DNA of 64,000 nucleotides from a virus. The notes under the pieces were generated by a model. That model was not told the DNA's origin and ran no database searches. It saw nothing but the letters and a program-made list of their open reading frames with translations. Positions within the stretch are counted from its first letter, which is position 1. Every line of letters begins with the position of its first letter. The stretch is from IMG/VR virus record IMGVR_UViG_3300042545_001167, positions 32,001 to 96,000 of that record; one strand, written 5' to 3'. A program made the position numbers and the translations under genes. Positions 46,851-55,680 of this stretch are shown piece after piece.

Positions 46851-47542
46851 ACATCAAAGATTCTACCCCATCCAGTTTTATCTTTACCATTTTCCAACCA
46901 ACGATAAGTCAAATCAGACTTCTTATATACAGCACCTTTACCATTTGTTACTGGTCCAGTATATCCATCGTTCAGAGAACCGTAAGGATCATTTACAACA
47001 TAGTCTTCACCTTTCTTACCAATCACTACAACCATGTGCCCACCAGAAGGTGCAGATAGAGTACCGCGATGATAAATCCCGATAACAACAGGTCTCCCAG
47101 CGGCAAGCTCACGATCAAGATCAGAAAACCCAAGATTGTAACTAAAGTGTGACTTAACTCCATAACCATCCAAAACTTTTGTTTGGACAGAGTGATCAGT
47201 TGTATCACCAACTGCAAAGACTTTTTGGACGTAGGCGTCATCGCCCTTTGCTCCCTGAAGAGTTCCTGGTTTAAAGTACTCTAAACACATCGCACAAGAA
47301 GATGAATTACAGGTTCTCTGTGCGTCTCTGTAATTATCTGTTTGTGGGAAATAAGGAACATTAAGAATTCCAGGAATTACTGGTTCTAATTTTGTTCTAA
47401 AAATTTTTACCCAATTTGAAGTATCCTCAATCAAATCTGGATTCTTAATCGCAAGATCAACTTCAAGTTGTTCTACTGCAGCAACGTGCTTTGGATTCTT
47501 TGGATCGTAGTATTGAAAGAAGTTATGAAGATCTACTCTCAT
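46841..47542 (-). CDS. Endolysin N-terminal part: C39-like (papain-fold) peptidase domain
   Basis: NVPYFPQTD...TCNSSSCAM, GHMVVVIG, VNDPYG. Confidence 0.8.
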   Translation of the reverse strand: MRVDLHNFFQYYDPKNPKHVAAVEQLEVDLAIKNPDLIEDTSNWVKIFRTKLEPVIPGILNVPYFPQTDNYRDAQRTCNSSSCAMCLEYFKPGTLQGAKGDDAYVQKVFAVGDTTDHSVQTKVLDGYGVKSHFSYNLGFSDLDRELAAGRPVVIGIYHRGTLSAPSGGHMVVVIGKKGEDYVVNDPYGSLNDGYTGPVTNGKGAVYKKSDLTYRWLENGKDKTGWGRIFDVKK

Positions 47543-47573
47543 TGTTCCTAACCGTTCAGTAAATCTATTTATT

Positions 47574-47598
47574 AAAAAAGGAGGGATAAACCCTCCTT
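47574..47598 (-). terminator. Terminator after peroxiredoxin
   Basis: GGAGGG-TTTAT-CCCTCC followed by T6. Confidence 0.8.
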
Positions 47599-47602
47599 CT
47601 CA

Positions 47603-48130
47603 TCAGACCAATTCTTCTTCTAGAATAGTAGATTTAATATAACTATAGACATTTTCGGGAGTAGTCTCTTCATAAGGATCAGAGTCAGCATTATCACGCT
47701 GTCCTGCTTCAACAAACAGTTTTTCAATAATACCTTTGTCTACCACAGCAGCGTAACGCCAAGAACGCTCACCGAAGCCAAGATTTGACTTGCTAACGAG
47801 CATACCCATTGAACGGGTGAAGTATGCATTTCCATCGGGAATCAGTTTTACGTTTTGAATATTTTGATCTTGTGCCCAAGAATTCATCACAAAACCATCA
47901 TTAACAGAGATGCAGTAAATAGCATCAATACCCAGTGCTTGAAACTCTCCAAACTTTTCCTCAAATCCAGGAAGTTGATATGCAGAGCAAGTAGGAGTAA
48001 ATGCCCCAGGCAGTGAGAAAATCACAACACGCTTACCATCAAAAAGTTCTGAGGATGTACGAATTACGAATTCTCCAGATTCACGAAATACGAATTGGAC
48101 TTGTGGAACTTGATAACCTTCTTTACGCAT
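47603..48130 (-). CDS. Peroxiredoxin (type II / Prx5-like)
   Basis: LPGAFTPTCS, SVNDGFVM..W, GERSWRYA; start at MRKEGY with GGAGG Shine-Dalgarno. Confidence 0.92.
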   Translation of the reverse strand: MRKEGYQVPQVQFVFRESGEFVIRTSSELFDGKRVVIFSLPGAFTPTCSAYQLPGFEEKFGEFQALGIDAIYCISVNDGFVMNSWAQDQNIQNVKLIPDGNAYFTRSMGMLVSKSNLGFGERSWRYAAVVDKGIIEKLFVEAGQRDNADSDPYEETTPENVYSYIKSTILEEELV

Positions 48131-48141
48131 TTTAACCTCCA

Positions 48142-48261
48142 TCAGAATACGCCAGGGATGATTTGACCAGTAGTGGCGTAAGTACCCATTGCAACGATAA
48201 CTCCGATCATTGCTGCCCAACCGTTAATACGTTCGGCACGTTCAGTAAAAAGATTTTTCAT
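48142..48261 (-). CDS. hli: High-light inducible protein (39 aa)
   Basis: AERINGWAAMIG...TGQIIPGVF, read manually. Confidence 0.92.
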   Translation of the reverse strand: MKNLFTERAERINGWAAMIGVIVAMGTYATTGQIIPGVF

Positions 48262-48533
48262 TTTGTTTCTCCTTGATAAGAATGGTGTTGTTTAAGTTCA
48301 GGATTAGATTGAGAAGAAACCACAGGGTTTCTAGTTTTATTTTTGATGACGATAAACGCATCGTTCTGGTAAGTTACAGTTCCGTATGGTTTCGCCCACT
48401 TTGGATTAGCGTTGGGATTAGTAGCAGTTCCCGTAACTGCCACGCCACCAATGTTGACTTCCAATTCATCGTTAGTGTCCCATCCAAGTTTCTCAAGAGC
48501 AATCGCAAATTGCCCTAACATTTCAGCACTCAT
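48258..48533 (-). CDS. Conserved cyanophage hypothetical protein
   Basis: KWAKPYGT...DAFIVIKN..RNPVV. Confidence 0.7.
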   Translation of the reverse strand: MSAEMLGQFAIALEKLGWDTNDELEVNIGGVAVTGTATNPNANPKWAKPYGTVTYQNDAFIVIKNKTRNPVVSSQSNPELKQHHSYQGETK

Positions 48534-48619
48534 CAGTAAGTTTCTGCGACTTTCTCTACAGCATAACCCAAAAGTACAAAAAAGGCAACTGCAGTGAGTG
48601 TGAAGATTACTTCAGTCAT
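48533..48619 (-). CDS. Very small single-TM protein (28 aa, MTEVIFTLTAVAFFVLLGYAVEKVAETY)
   Basis: TGATG-coupled to both neighbours. Confidence 0.6.
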   Translation of the reverse strand: MTEVIFTLTAVAFFVLLGYAVEKVAETY

Positions 48620-48828
48620 CAGAATACACCGAAGAAAAAGTTACCAGTTGCTGCATAAGAAATAATGCCTGCTACAAATCCCAGCATTGCCCAACGACCA
48701 TTAGCAAGTTCTGCTCGTTCGTTGTGCGTCATCATCCCATACTTAATAGCATCAGCATCAGAGATGTACATTTGGGGTTCGCGGGCAAACATATTTTGTT
48801 GTCCACGATCATTAGTCGTTACAGTCAT
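48619..48828 (-). CDS. hli: High-light inducible protein (69 aa)
   Basis: MTVTT..GQQNMFAREP...AELANGRWAMLG. Confidence 0.92.
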   Translation of the reverse strand: MTVTTNDRGQQNMFAREPQMYISDADAIKYGMMTHNERAELANGRWAMLGFVAGIISYAATGNFFFGVF

Positions 48829-48855
48829 TTTCGTTTTATTACGAATTGTTACACA

Positions 48856-48884
48856 ATTATATAGGAAAAATAAAGAGGTGTCAA
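48856..48884 (-). promoter_or_regulatory. Consensus sigma70 promoter of the hli-peroxiredoxin operon
   Basis: TTGACA-N17-TATAAT. Confidence 0.85.
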
Positions 48885-48902
48885 GCACCCCCCTGTTATG
48901 AT

Positions 48903-49868
48903 TTACTTACCGATACGACCAACAGCAATCTTTGCCTTGTTCAAGATAGACCCACTCAAAGGAACATAACCCAAATCATCAGCAAGCATCTGTGCCTTTC
49001 CACTTAGAGCATACTTAAGTGCTGATTGAATGTCACCAGTTTTGGCACCATTACCACTCTTATATGCAAGAACCCAAGTCAGAGTGGAGATTGGATAAGC
49101 ACCAGCACCAGAAGGATTAGGATTTTCACCTGCAAGGTTGCTATCTAGAGTAATACTATTCAGAGCAGCAGCACCAGAAGTAGCAGAAGGAAGAACAAAC
49201 TTACCTGCTTTGTTTTGAATTGCAGCAGCCTGGAGTTTGTTTACCTTTACAAATCCAGTATTCACATAACCAATAGAACCAGGAGTGTTACGAATGGTTC
49301 CTGCAACACCTTCATTACCTTTACCACCAACCCCAACTGGCCAAGAAACAGACTTACCAACAGTCTTCCAAGATGCATCAAATGCGTTCAGAGAGTTGGT
49401 AAACGCAAAAGTAGTACCAGAACCATCAGAACGATGAACAACCCGAATAGGACCATTACCACAGTTAGGGAGTTGTTTCCAATCCTTAATCTCACCTTGG
49501 AAAATATCAACCACTTGCTTCTGTGTCAGTTTCAGAGAGCATCCAGGTTTGTTGTATGCGACAGCAATCGTTCCACCCACCATAGGAATTTGAACGACAC
49601 CACGCTTCACTTGCTTTGCTTCTGATGCTTTGATGGGTTCATCGCTTGCTGCGAAGTCAACTGTGCCCGCAATGAATTGACGAACACCAGCACCAGAACC
49701 AACGGACTGATAATTAACCCTACTCCCAGAAGTTCGTGCATAATCTTGGAACCATCGTTGATAAATCGGTGCTGGGAAGGTGGCACCAGCACCATTCAAA
49801 GCAGGTCCAGCAAATGCTGCAACAGGAGCAGCAACCAGACCAACAGCAATAAAGTTTTTGAGTTTCAT
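48903..49868 (-). CDS. pstS: Phosphate-binding protein PstS
   Basis: GAGATFPAP.Y, YQSVGSGAG, RSDGSGTT, YPI. Confidence 0.95.
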   Translation of the reverse strand: MKLKNFIAVGLVAAPVAAFAGPALNGAGATFPAPIYQRWFQDYARTSGSRVNYQSVGSGAGVRQFIAGTVDFAASDEPIKASEAKQVKRGVVQIPMVGGTIAVAYNKPGCSLKLTQKQVVDIFQGEIKDWKQLPNCGNGPIRVVHRSDGSGTTFAFTNSLNAFDASWKTVGKSVSWPVGVGGKGNEGVAGTIRNTPGSIGYVNTGFVKVNKLQAAAIQNKAGKFVLPSATSGAAALNSITLDSNLAGENPNPSGAGAYPISTLTWVLAYKSGNGAKTGDIQSALKYALSGKAQMLADDLGYVPLSGSILNKAKIAVGRIGK

Positions 49869-49892
49869 AAAAAGTGAATAACTTCGTAAGTA

Positions 49893-49937
49893 ATGATACT
49901 GGAAGACAATCGTAAAGTCCACTAAGATTTGGTTAAG
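49893..49937 (-). promoter_or_regulatory. Putative pho box plus -10 upstream of pstS
   Basis: CTTAACC-N4-CTTAGTG-N3-TTTACGA repeats, then TATCAT. Confidence 0.6.
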
Positions 49938-49953
49938 GTTTTGATTGCCTAAT

Positions 49954-49980
49954 AAAAAACCACCCCAGAAAGGGGTGGTT
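49954..49980 (-). terminator. Terminator after the porin gene
   Basis: CCACCCC-TTTCT-GGGGTGG followed by T6. Confidence 0.85.
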
Positions 49981-50003
49981 CTACTCATTTTATGAGTTAC
50001 TTA

Positions 50004-51506
50004 TCAGAACGTGAACTTGGTCTGAATTACACCACCCCAACTAGAGGCATTGTCAACCAGACGTTGGTTGTCACTTGCATAGAAGACTGCAGGAGTGATG
50101 CTGATATTGTCAGACACTTGATACTTGTAGAAGACTTCAAGCATCGTTGCTTTTTCAAGATTAGTTCCTGTAGGAGCTTGACCAATAGCAACACCAGCAG
50201 AGTTACCCTTAGCAAATACATCTGCCCACTGAAGACCAGTGAACCAGGAGTCGCTATTGGTAGCATCGCTAACCGTACCACTTACATTATTCCAACCGTA
50301 GGCAGCAGAGATAGAAGGGACCCAACCAGACTGCTTAGGTTGCCAGTAAGCGTTGATAGCATAACCATTGGAGGTTTGACCAGGAACCAGAGTACCACCA
50401 GCACCGTTCAGACCGTTGTAGGTACGAACACGAGTACCTTCAGTACCATAACGATAACCAAAAGCAATACCGTAGTTAGTACCACGATAACCAATCTGTG
50501 CCAGAGTATTCAGAGCACCAGATTCATCAAATTCACCTTTAGAAGAATCAGAACCATTCTGAGCAATGTAGTTTACACCAGCAACCAGACCTTGCTTACC
50601 TTTTTGCTTCCACATAGCACCGAAACCAGCACCAGTTGCCTTGTTATAGACACCAGGAGCGCCAGCAACTTGGAAGAAGTCAAGAATCTCAGACTTATAA
50701 GCAGTGGGCATCCATGCCATCTCAGTGTTACGAACCTTAGCACCAGCAGTTAGAGTAGTGGTGTTATTGAACGCAGGGAACTGATAGTACAGACGATCAA
50801 TAACTACGTTATCACCATTAGCACTTGAGAAGTTGTCTGCCTTGTCCAGTTTGAACAGTGAAGAAGAACTGCCGAACGGATCAGAACTGAAGTTAGAAGA
50901 ACGAAGACGAGTACGAAGCAGGTCTTGTCCAGTAAACGAGGTATCAAAGTTCAGACGAACATCATAATTGAAAGCAGTTCGTGCGACATCATCAGTTGTA
51001 ACATCAGTAGCACTACCTGCCTTAGTGCGGTAATCATCTACACCACCAAGAACAAAGGTTGCTTCACCACGAAGTTTGGTAGTGGTAGAGAATTGTTGTG
51101 CTTCTAGTTGACCAACTTGTGCTTCCAGTTTATCAACACGACCACGAATGACAGCAAGTTCCTGAGCAAATTCTGTTTGAAGACGCTTAAGTTCATCAGT
51201 AACTTCAGTCACACGGTCAAGACAAGCATTCAGAAGTGCTGCTGCTTCATAGCGAGTCATTGCCTTAGTGCCACCATAGGTGCCGTTAGGATAACCAGCT
51301 ACGCAACCATAACGCTCTACGAGGTTGCTGAGTGCCTGATATGCCCAATCGGAAGGTTGAACATCAGAGAATTGAGTGACGCTTGTTGCCTGTTCAGAGG
51401 AGTATTGATTGACTGCTGCAATATTAAGGTCTGCGGCATTCGCAACAGCAGGAGCAACCATTCCCAGAGCAACAGGTGCAAGCATCAGTTGTTGAAAGAA
51501 TTTCAT
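50004..51506 (-). CDS. Cyanobacterial outer-membrane porin (SomA/OprB-type, SLH domain)
   Basis: Signal peptide; FSDVQPSDWAYQAL..LVERYGC..GYP SLH domain; coiled coil; FSTTTKLRGE; C-terminal TKFTF. Confidence 0.92.
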   Translation of the reverse strand: MKFFQQLMLAPVALGMVAPAVANAADLNIAAVNQYSSEQATSVTQFSDVQPSDWAYQALSNLVERYGCVAGYPNGTYGGTKAMTRYEAAALLNACLDRVTEVTDELKRLQTEFAQELAVIRGRVDKLEAQVGQLEAQQFSTTTKLRGEATFVLGGVDDYRTKAGSATDVTTDDVARTAFNYDVRLNFDTSFTGQDLLRTRLRSSNFSSDPFGSSSSLFKLDKADNFSSANGDNVVIDRLYYQFPAFNNTTTLTAGAKVRNTEMAWMPTAYKSEILDFFQVAGAPGVYNKATGAGFGAMWKQKGKQGLVAGVNYIAQNGSDSSKGEFDESGALNTLAQIGYRGTNYGIAFGYRYGTEGTRVRTYNGLNGAGGTLVPGQTSNGYAINAYWQPKQSGWVPSISAAYGWNNVSGTVSDATNSDSWFTGLQWADVFAKGNSAGVAIGQAPTGTNLEKATMLEVFYKYQVSDNISITPAVFYASDNQRLVDNASSWGGVIQTKFTF

Positions 51507-51599
51507 AAATTTGTTTTTGTTTGTACTATAGGACAAATGTTAAGAATTACAACTGAATTCTTAAGTACTTATTTAGTATAGAGGATTTCTTTTTGAATG

Positions 51600-52409
51600 T
51601 CAAGGATTTTGTTGGGCAGCAGAGTTTTCAGTGATGCGACCAAGATAAGGATCATAATTCATATAGTCTCGAATATCAATATTTGCCCCATTCTGTTCCC
51701 AGAAATTCGATAGTGCCTTGTAGTTGCCTACATGGAAAGCATCAATATGCTCAGGATGAATTGAAGAACCCAATTCAATTCTATAGATTAGAAGTGGAAT
51801 TGAGTAAGTATTCCCAGAATTATAAATCAAATCGTCTGCAACTGGGCGAGGTTTAACTCCATTATCGAGACGATACTTATCACCTTTAACATGATATTTC
51901 AGTAATTTTTCTGCATGATGGCGATTAATCAAATAGCAAGCTGTAGAAAAATCATTCACAAATCTCTTGTGAAGTTTAACATGAATATCTCCAGTGCAAA
52001 TAATTGCGATTTGTACAACATCCCAATCATAAGGAATATGTGCATAGAAATCATCCCAAGTAAAATTCCAATACTTGACAAGATCTAAATTACAATCATC
52101 CTCCATAATGATTGCATAGGGACTATCAGATGTCTCATACCAATACTTAATTGCTTTTAGGTGAGAAGTGATGCACCCAATCTCACCAGAAGTCATCATC
52201 TCAGGATAACGACCAACTAAAATATCACTCAAATCATCATCTCTACCATCATATGCAGAGATACGAGTATAGTTTTCAACTTCCCAATATTTAAACTGAG
52301 ACTCCATATACTCTTTCCTTTCAGGTTGTCCATCAAGGTTTAAGTAATAAATTGGACCTATATTATTGAGTTTGTATGTAGATTTATTTTTATCGTTTAA
52401 TTCAAACAT
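51600..52409 (-). CDS. Glycosyltransferase family 25-like
   Basis: YYLNLD...R, RISAYDG, GEIGC..SH, IMEDD. Confidence 0.8.
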   Translation of the reverse strand: MFELNDKNKSTYKLNNIGPIYYLNLDGQPERKEYMESQFKYWEVENYTRISAYDGRDDDLSDILVGRYPEMMTSGEIGCITSHLKAIKYWYETSDSPYAIIMEDDCNLDLVKYWNFTWDDFYAHIPYDWDVVQIAIICTGDIHVKLHKRFVNDFSTACYLINRHHAEKLLKYHVKGDKYRLDNGVKPRPVADDLIYNSGNTYSIPLLIYRIELGSSIHPEHIDAFHVGNYKALSNFWEQNGANIDIRDYMNYDPYLGRITENSAAQQNP

Positions 52410-53118
52410 GATATTTGGAATTATTTTTTGCTAAGTGTACTATCTTTGGTTCAAATTCACAATACTCAGTAAATACTTCAGGATATGCATACTCAGAACC
52501 TAAAACATTTAGATGTTCTTTATTTTCGATGAAGAATTTATTCAAATGACTCTCATCATGCCAAACAGCAATTACATTATTCTTTAAATCAATATTGACT
52601 CTCTGCTCAAGTTCATCAATCATTTCAAGGATATTAGGAACTTTTCCTCCCCAAAGACAACCTTGATAATATACTGATAAATCATCATCCTCAGTTATAT
52701 GGGCAACTGAAAGTGGATTAGTCTCAAATGCTCCAGGATATTGATTGTGTGGGGGCATTTGGAGAAAATGGCAAGGATGATGCACACCAAAGAATGATTT
52801 TGTAGTATCAAAAAATTCTTCTTCAGTAATGGTGTCCACAACTAAAGCATCAGCATCAATAAAGACAAACCAATCATTCTTTGCAATTTCTTCCTTTGCC
52901 TTTTGAATAATCTCAAATCGTTTAAGAGTAACGTAAGGCCAGTCTAGATGTTCTTGCTTATATACCTTTACATCTTCAGGGAAATCACCTTCTCCATCCG
53001 TAAAAACTAAAAAAGTTTTTTCACTGTTAGGCAGAAAATACTCTTGAATATTCTCATAATACTTTGGAAGAAAATTTAAATATTTTCCAGTTCCAATAAA
53101 ACAAATAGCAACTTTCAT
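52402..53118 (-). CDS. Glycosyltransferase family 6
   Basis: IGTGKY, VFTD, WP.VTL.RF, DAD, YYQGCLWGG, AVWHDESHLNK. Confidence 0.88.
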   Translation of the reverse strand: MKVAICFIGTGKYLNFLPKYYENIQEYFLPNSEKTFLVFTDGEGDFPEDVKVYKQEHLDWPYVTLKRFEIIQKAKEEIAKNDWFVFIDADALVVDTITEEEFFDTTKSFFGVHHPCHFLQMPPHNQYPGAFETNPLSVAHITEDDDLSVYYQGCLWGGKVPNILEMIDELEQRVNIDLKNNVIAVWHDESHLNKFFIENKEHLNVLGSEYAYPEVFTEYCEFEPKIVHLAKNNSKYHV

Positions 53119-53912
53119 CAAATAACCATCCAAGTTTCAGGAATTAAATCTTTAGTATCTAGGTGCTCATTGTCAGAACCCAAAAACCATCCAGACGGGG
53201 CAATAACATTATTATTCTTTGCTAACCAAGCACCCCACCAAGAGAATGAGGAATTTGCAATAATATGTCCTGAGCAAAGAGTCATCAAACACAAATCAAC
53301 ATAGTTTGTATTTCCCTCAGCAATTAAAAATCTATCACTAGAAAATAACTGCTGCTCATTACACCACTTAGGGTCATCAGAGAAAACAAGAACTGGAACT
53401 TCGCTGCCAAATTGCTCTAGTGCTTTTTGATAATATTCCAATCCAAGTGCAGTATGATTTGGATTTGTAATATAATCAGTTCTGCGAATATGCAAAGCAA
53501 TTGGAGATTTATCTAATTGAGATATCATTTCCAAACAAGGAGTTAGAATTTCATCTCTAAATTCAAAGTCTTGTTTAATCTCGTCTTCAATGTGCTTAAA
53601 GTATTTCTCGGACTGAAAAAATCCCTGAATAGAAACCCAATCAGGACATCCATTAAATAACTTTTCGTCAAAAGAAAAACTTCCTTCAGAAATAGTTGGT
53701 CTATCCAAATCGATGAATTGTACATTTAGTTGAGTAGTATTATTCAACTTAAATGGATTGAATAATTGATGGTCTACCCATTCATTTTGATTTTTTGTGG
53801 GGGGAAAACAATATTCATACCCCATATTCCTAGCAATACCTTTAAGAGCAGCAAATTGAAACATCTGATTTCCAAGTCTGCCCATCTGCCCTAGTGCATT
53901 AAATCCAATCAT
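53118..53912 (-). CDS. Glycosyltransferase family 11 (alpha-1,2-fucosyltransferase)
   Basis: GRLGNQMFQ, GFFQSEKYF, HIRRTDY, IANSSFSWWGAWL. Confidence 0.9.
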   Translation of the reverse strand: MIGFNALGQMGRLGNQMFQFAALKGIARNMGYEYCFPPTKNQNEWVDHQLFNPFKLNNTTQLNVQFIDLDRPTISEGSFSFDEKLFNGCPDWVSIQGFFQSEKYFKHIEDEIKQDFEFRDEILTPCLEMISQLDKSPIALHIRRTDYITNPNHTALGLEYYQKALEQFGSEVPVLVFSDDPKWCNEQQLFSSDRFLIAEGNTNYVDLCLMTLCSGHIIANSSFSWWGAWLAKNNNVIAPSGWFLGSDNEHLDTKDLIPETWMVI

Positions 53913-53926
53913 TTTATAAATGGCAA

Positions 53927-54874
53927 TTAATTAGTTTGAATTATTGTTTCTACATTTGGAAGATAGTGGGTTTTAATAATATTAACCCAATCAAATTCTC
54001 TCGAATACTCTAAAATTTCCTCACGGTTGTTTATAGAATAATTTCTATTTTCAAGAATTTTTTCTTCAACATATGCAATATCTCCAATCTTACTCTCAGG
54101 AATAATTGTAATAAATTGTTTCGATGCATCCAGATTTGCCTTACCCCATTCAGTAACAACAACACCTAAGCCAGCAGATAATGCCTCCATACAAACAAGA
54201 GGATGTGCTTCACCGTCGCTTAGAAGAACAAGATTACCATAATCAGTTAATTGATCGTGGAGTGTTGGTTTGTTCCACTCACCAAGATAGTTTTTAGAAA
54301 CATCAAATCTAGAGTCTGCATTATTACCAGCAAACCACAGACTTTCAATAGATTGGAACATATACTGACGCTTACGATAATCAATCTTAGCAAGATAGAT
54401 TGAGCGATCCGAATGTCTTGGAGTATTAGTGTATCTAAATGCCTCACAATTAACACCATTTGGAGTTACAAAAAGTTTCTCCTCAGGAATATTCATCAAG
54501 ATTTTATATACATTCTTAATTCCTGCAGACAAACAAAAAACATTTGGTCTAATCTGCCCAAATGCATTTGCGATATTTACATATCCACCAAACATTTCAG
54601 GTCTTTCAAGATACCCAAAGTGACTTGTAATTGCCTTTGGGTATTGGATATATGGATAAACTCCAATAAATTCATCATAATGAACATGAACAAAATCTGG
54701 TCTAAATGAATTTATTTCATTAATAATCTGATTAGGGTCTTTGGTGTTCACTATTTGAACTTCATGACCCAACTTTTTAAGAGCATTTCTTGTATCCCAA
54801 ACAAGAATTTCTACTGCACCCCACCCCGTAGGTGGAATTGGCATAATCCCAGGACCAACTAAAGTAATTTTCAT
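53927..54874 (-). CDS. GT-B glycosyltransferase (GT4-like)
   Basis: PIPPTGWGAVE, PNGV, E..PLV.MEALSAG. Confidence 0.8.
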   Translation of the reverse strand: MKITLVGPGIMPIPPTGWGAVEILVWDTRNALKKLGHEVQIVNTKDPNQIINEINSFRPDFVHVHYDEFIGVYPYIQYPKAITSHFGYLERPEMFGGYVNIANAFGQIRPNVFCLSAGIKNVYKILMNIPEEKLFVTPNGVNCEAFRYTNTPRHSDRSIYLAKIDYRKRQYMFQSIESLWFAGNNADSRFDVSKNYLGEWNKPTLHDQLTDYGNLVLLSDGEAHPLVCMEALSAGLGVVVTEWGKANLDASKQFITIIPESKIGDIAYVEEKILENRNYSINNREEILEYSREFDWVNIIKTHYLPNVETIIQTN

Positions 54875-55680
54875 CTCTTGCCTAACTCCTCAAACAATGC
54901 CATATGCTTACCATTATGACGCTCAAAAACTTCAAAATCATCTGGATATTGTTTAAGAATATATCCAAGAGCAATTTGCTCATTATTCACAAATCCATCA
55001 CCAATCATTTTATTCAAGAAAGTATTTTCAATTTCTGTTGATACTTTTTGAAGTGCATTGGATGTACCACCAAACATAGAACCAAGCACATATGATCTAT
55101 TATCCAAAAGATAGCTCTTAGGAAGAATAGATGCATTTGCAAGATCTTTGTAATATTCCATATTCATTTGTATAAGGAATTTATCCCCCATACCCTCCAA
55201 TGCTTCAAGAGCATTCTCACTCGGATATTCTAAATCCAAATCATATTGACCAAAGAACCTAGACCCGCCAGCGTCCATCCAAAAGAAAAACTTACTATCA
55301 AAAGGATTTTCTTCAATTGCCTGAGATATCCACTTAAACTTGGAATATTGGACAATAGAATACATTGAGTACTGACATTCAATTCTATCTGGATCAGAAA
55401 TCTTATTCCGATATTCTTCAGTAGAAATTAATTCATCTAACTGATCTTTAAGATAATAATAAGGTATCTCCTCAATCTTTTGAGAAATTACTTTGGTGGG
55501 AAGATCCCCTCTTTTTTCTGCAATGAAATCAACAAGATCCTCAGTGACAAACAGGATCATTGGGCATTTTAATTTGAGAGTGATTTCGAACCAGTCAAGA
55601 TAGTCTTTCCAGGTTCTACCGTCCATACCTTCTCTTTGAATATTAAAGAGAGAGGAAACTATAACAAAATCTTTATTCAT
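54871..55680 (-). CDS. HtrL/WlaTC-like putative glycosyltransferase
   Basis: SKF...AIEENPF.S.FFFWMDAG, FGG, NEQ. Confidence 0.7.
   Translation of the reverse strand: MNKDFVIVSSLFNIQREGMDGRTWKDYLDWFEITLKLKCPMILFVTEDLVDFIAEKRGDLPTKVISQKIEEIPYYYLKDQLDELISTEEYRNKISDPDRIECQYSMYSIVQYSKFKWISQAIEENPFDSKFFFWMDAGGSRFFGQYDLDLEYPSENALEALEGMGDKFLIQMNMEYYKDLANASILPKSYLLDNRSYVLGSMFGGTSNALQKVSTEIENTFLNKMIGDGFVNNEQIALGYILKQYPDDFEVFERHNGKHMALFEELGKR

Noticed and set aside
47603-48220. N-terminal extensions in the ORF track (peroxiredoxin, pstS, psbD, thyX, hli, gp33, EndoVII)
   Set aside because: The extensions overlap other genes, promoters or terminators, so starts were moved to the conserved N-termini.
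49992-50753. 253-aa + strand ORF (and 51108-51581)
   Set aside because: These are antisense to the porin and explained by its codon bias, with no recognisable motifs.
40542-51506. Host chromosomal origin of the psbA/psbD/gnd/talC/pstS region
   Set aside because: These genes are interleaved with phage endonucleases, an endolysin and late promoters, and are contiguous with T4 core genes. They are known cyanophage AMG types, so not novel in themselves.
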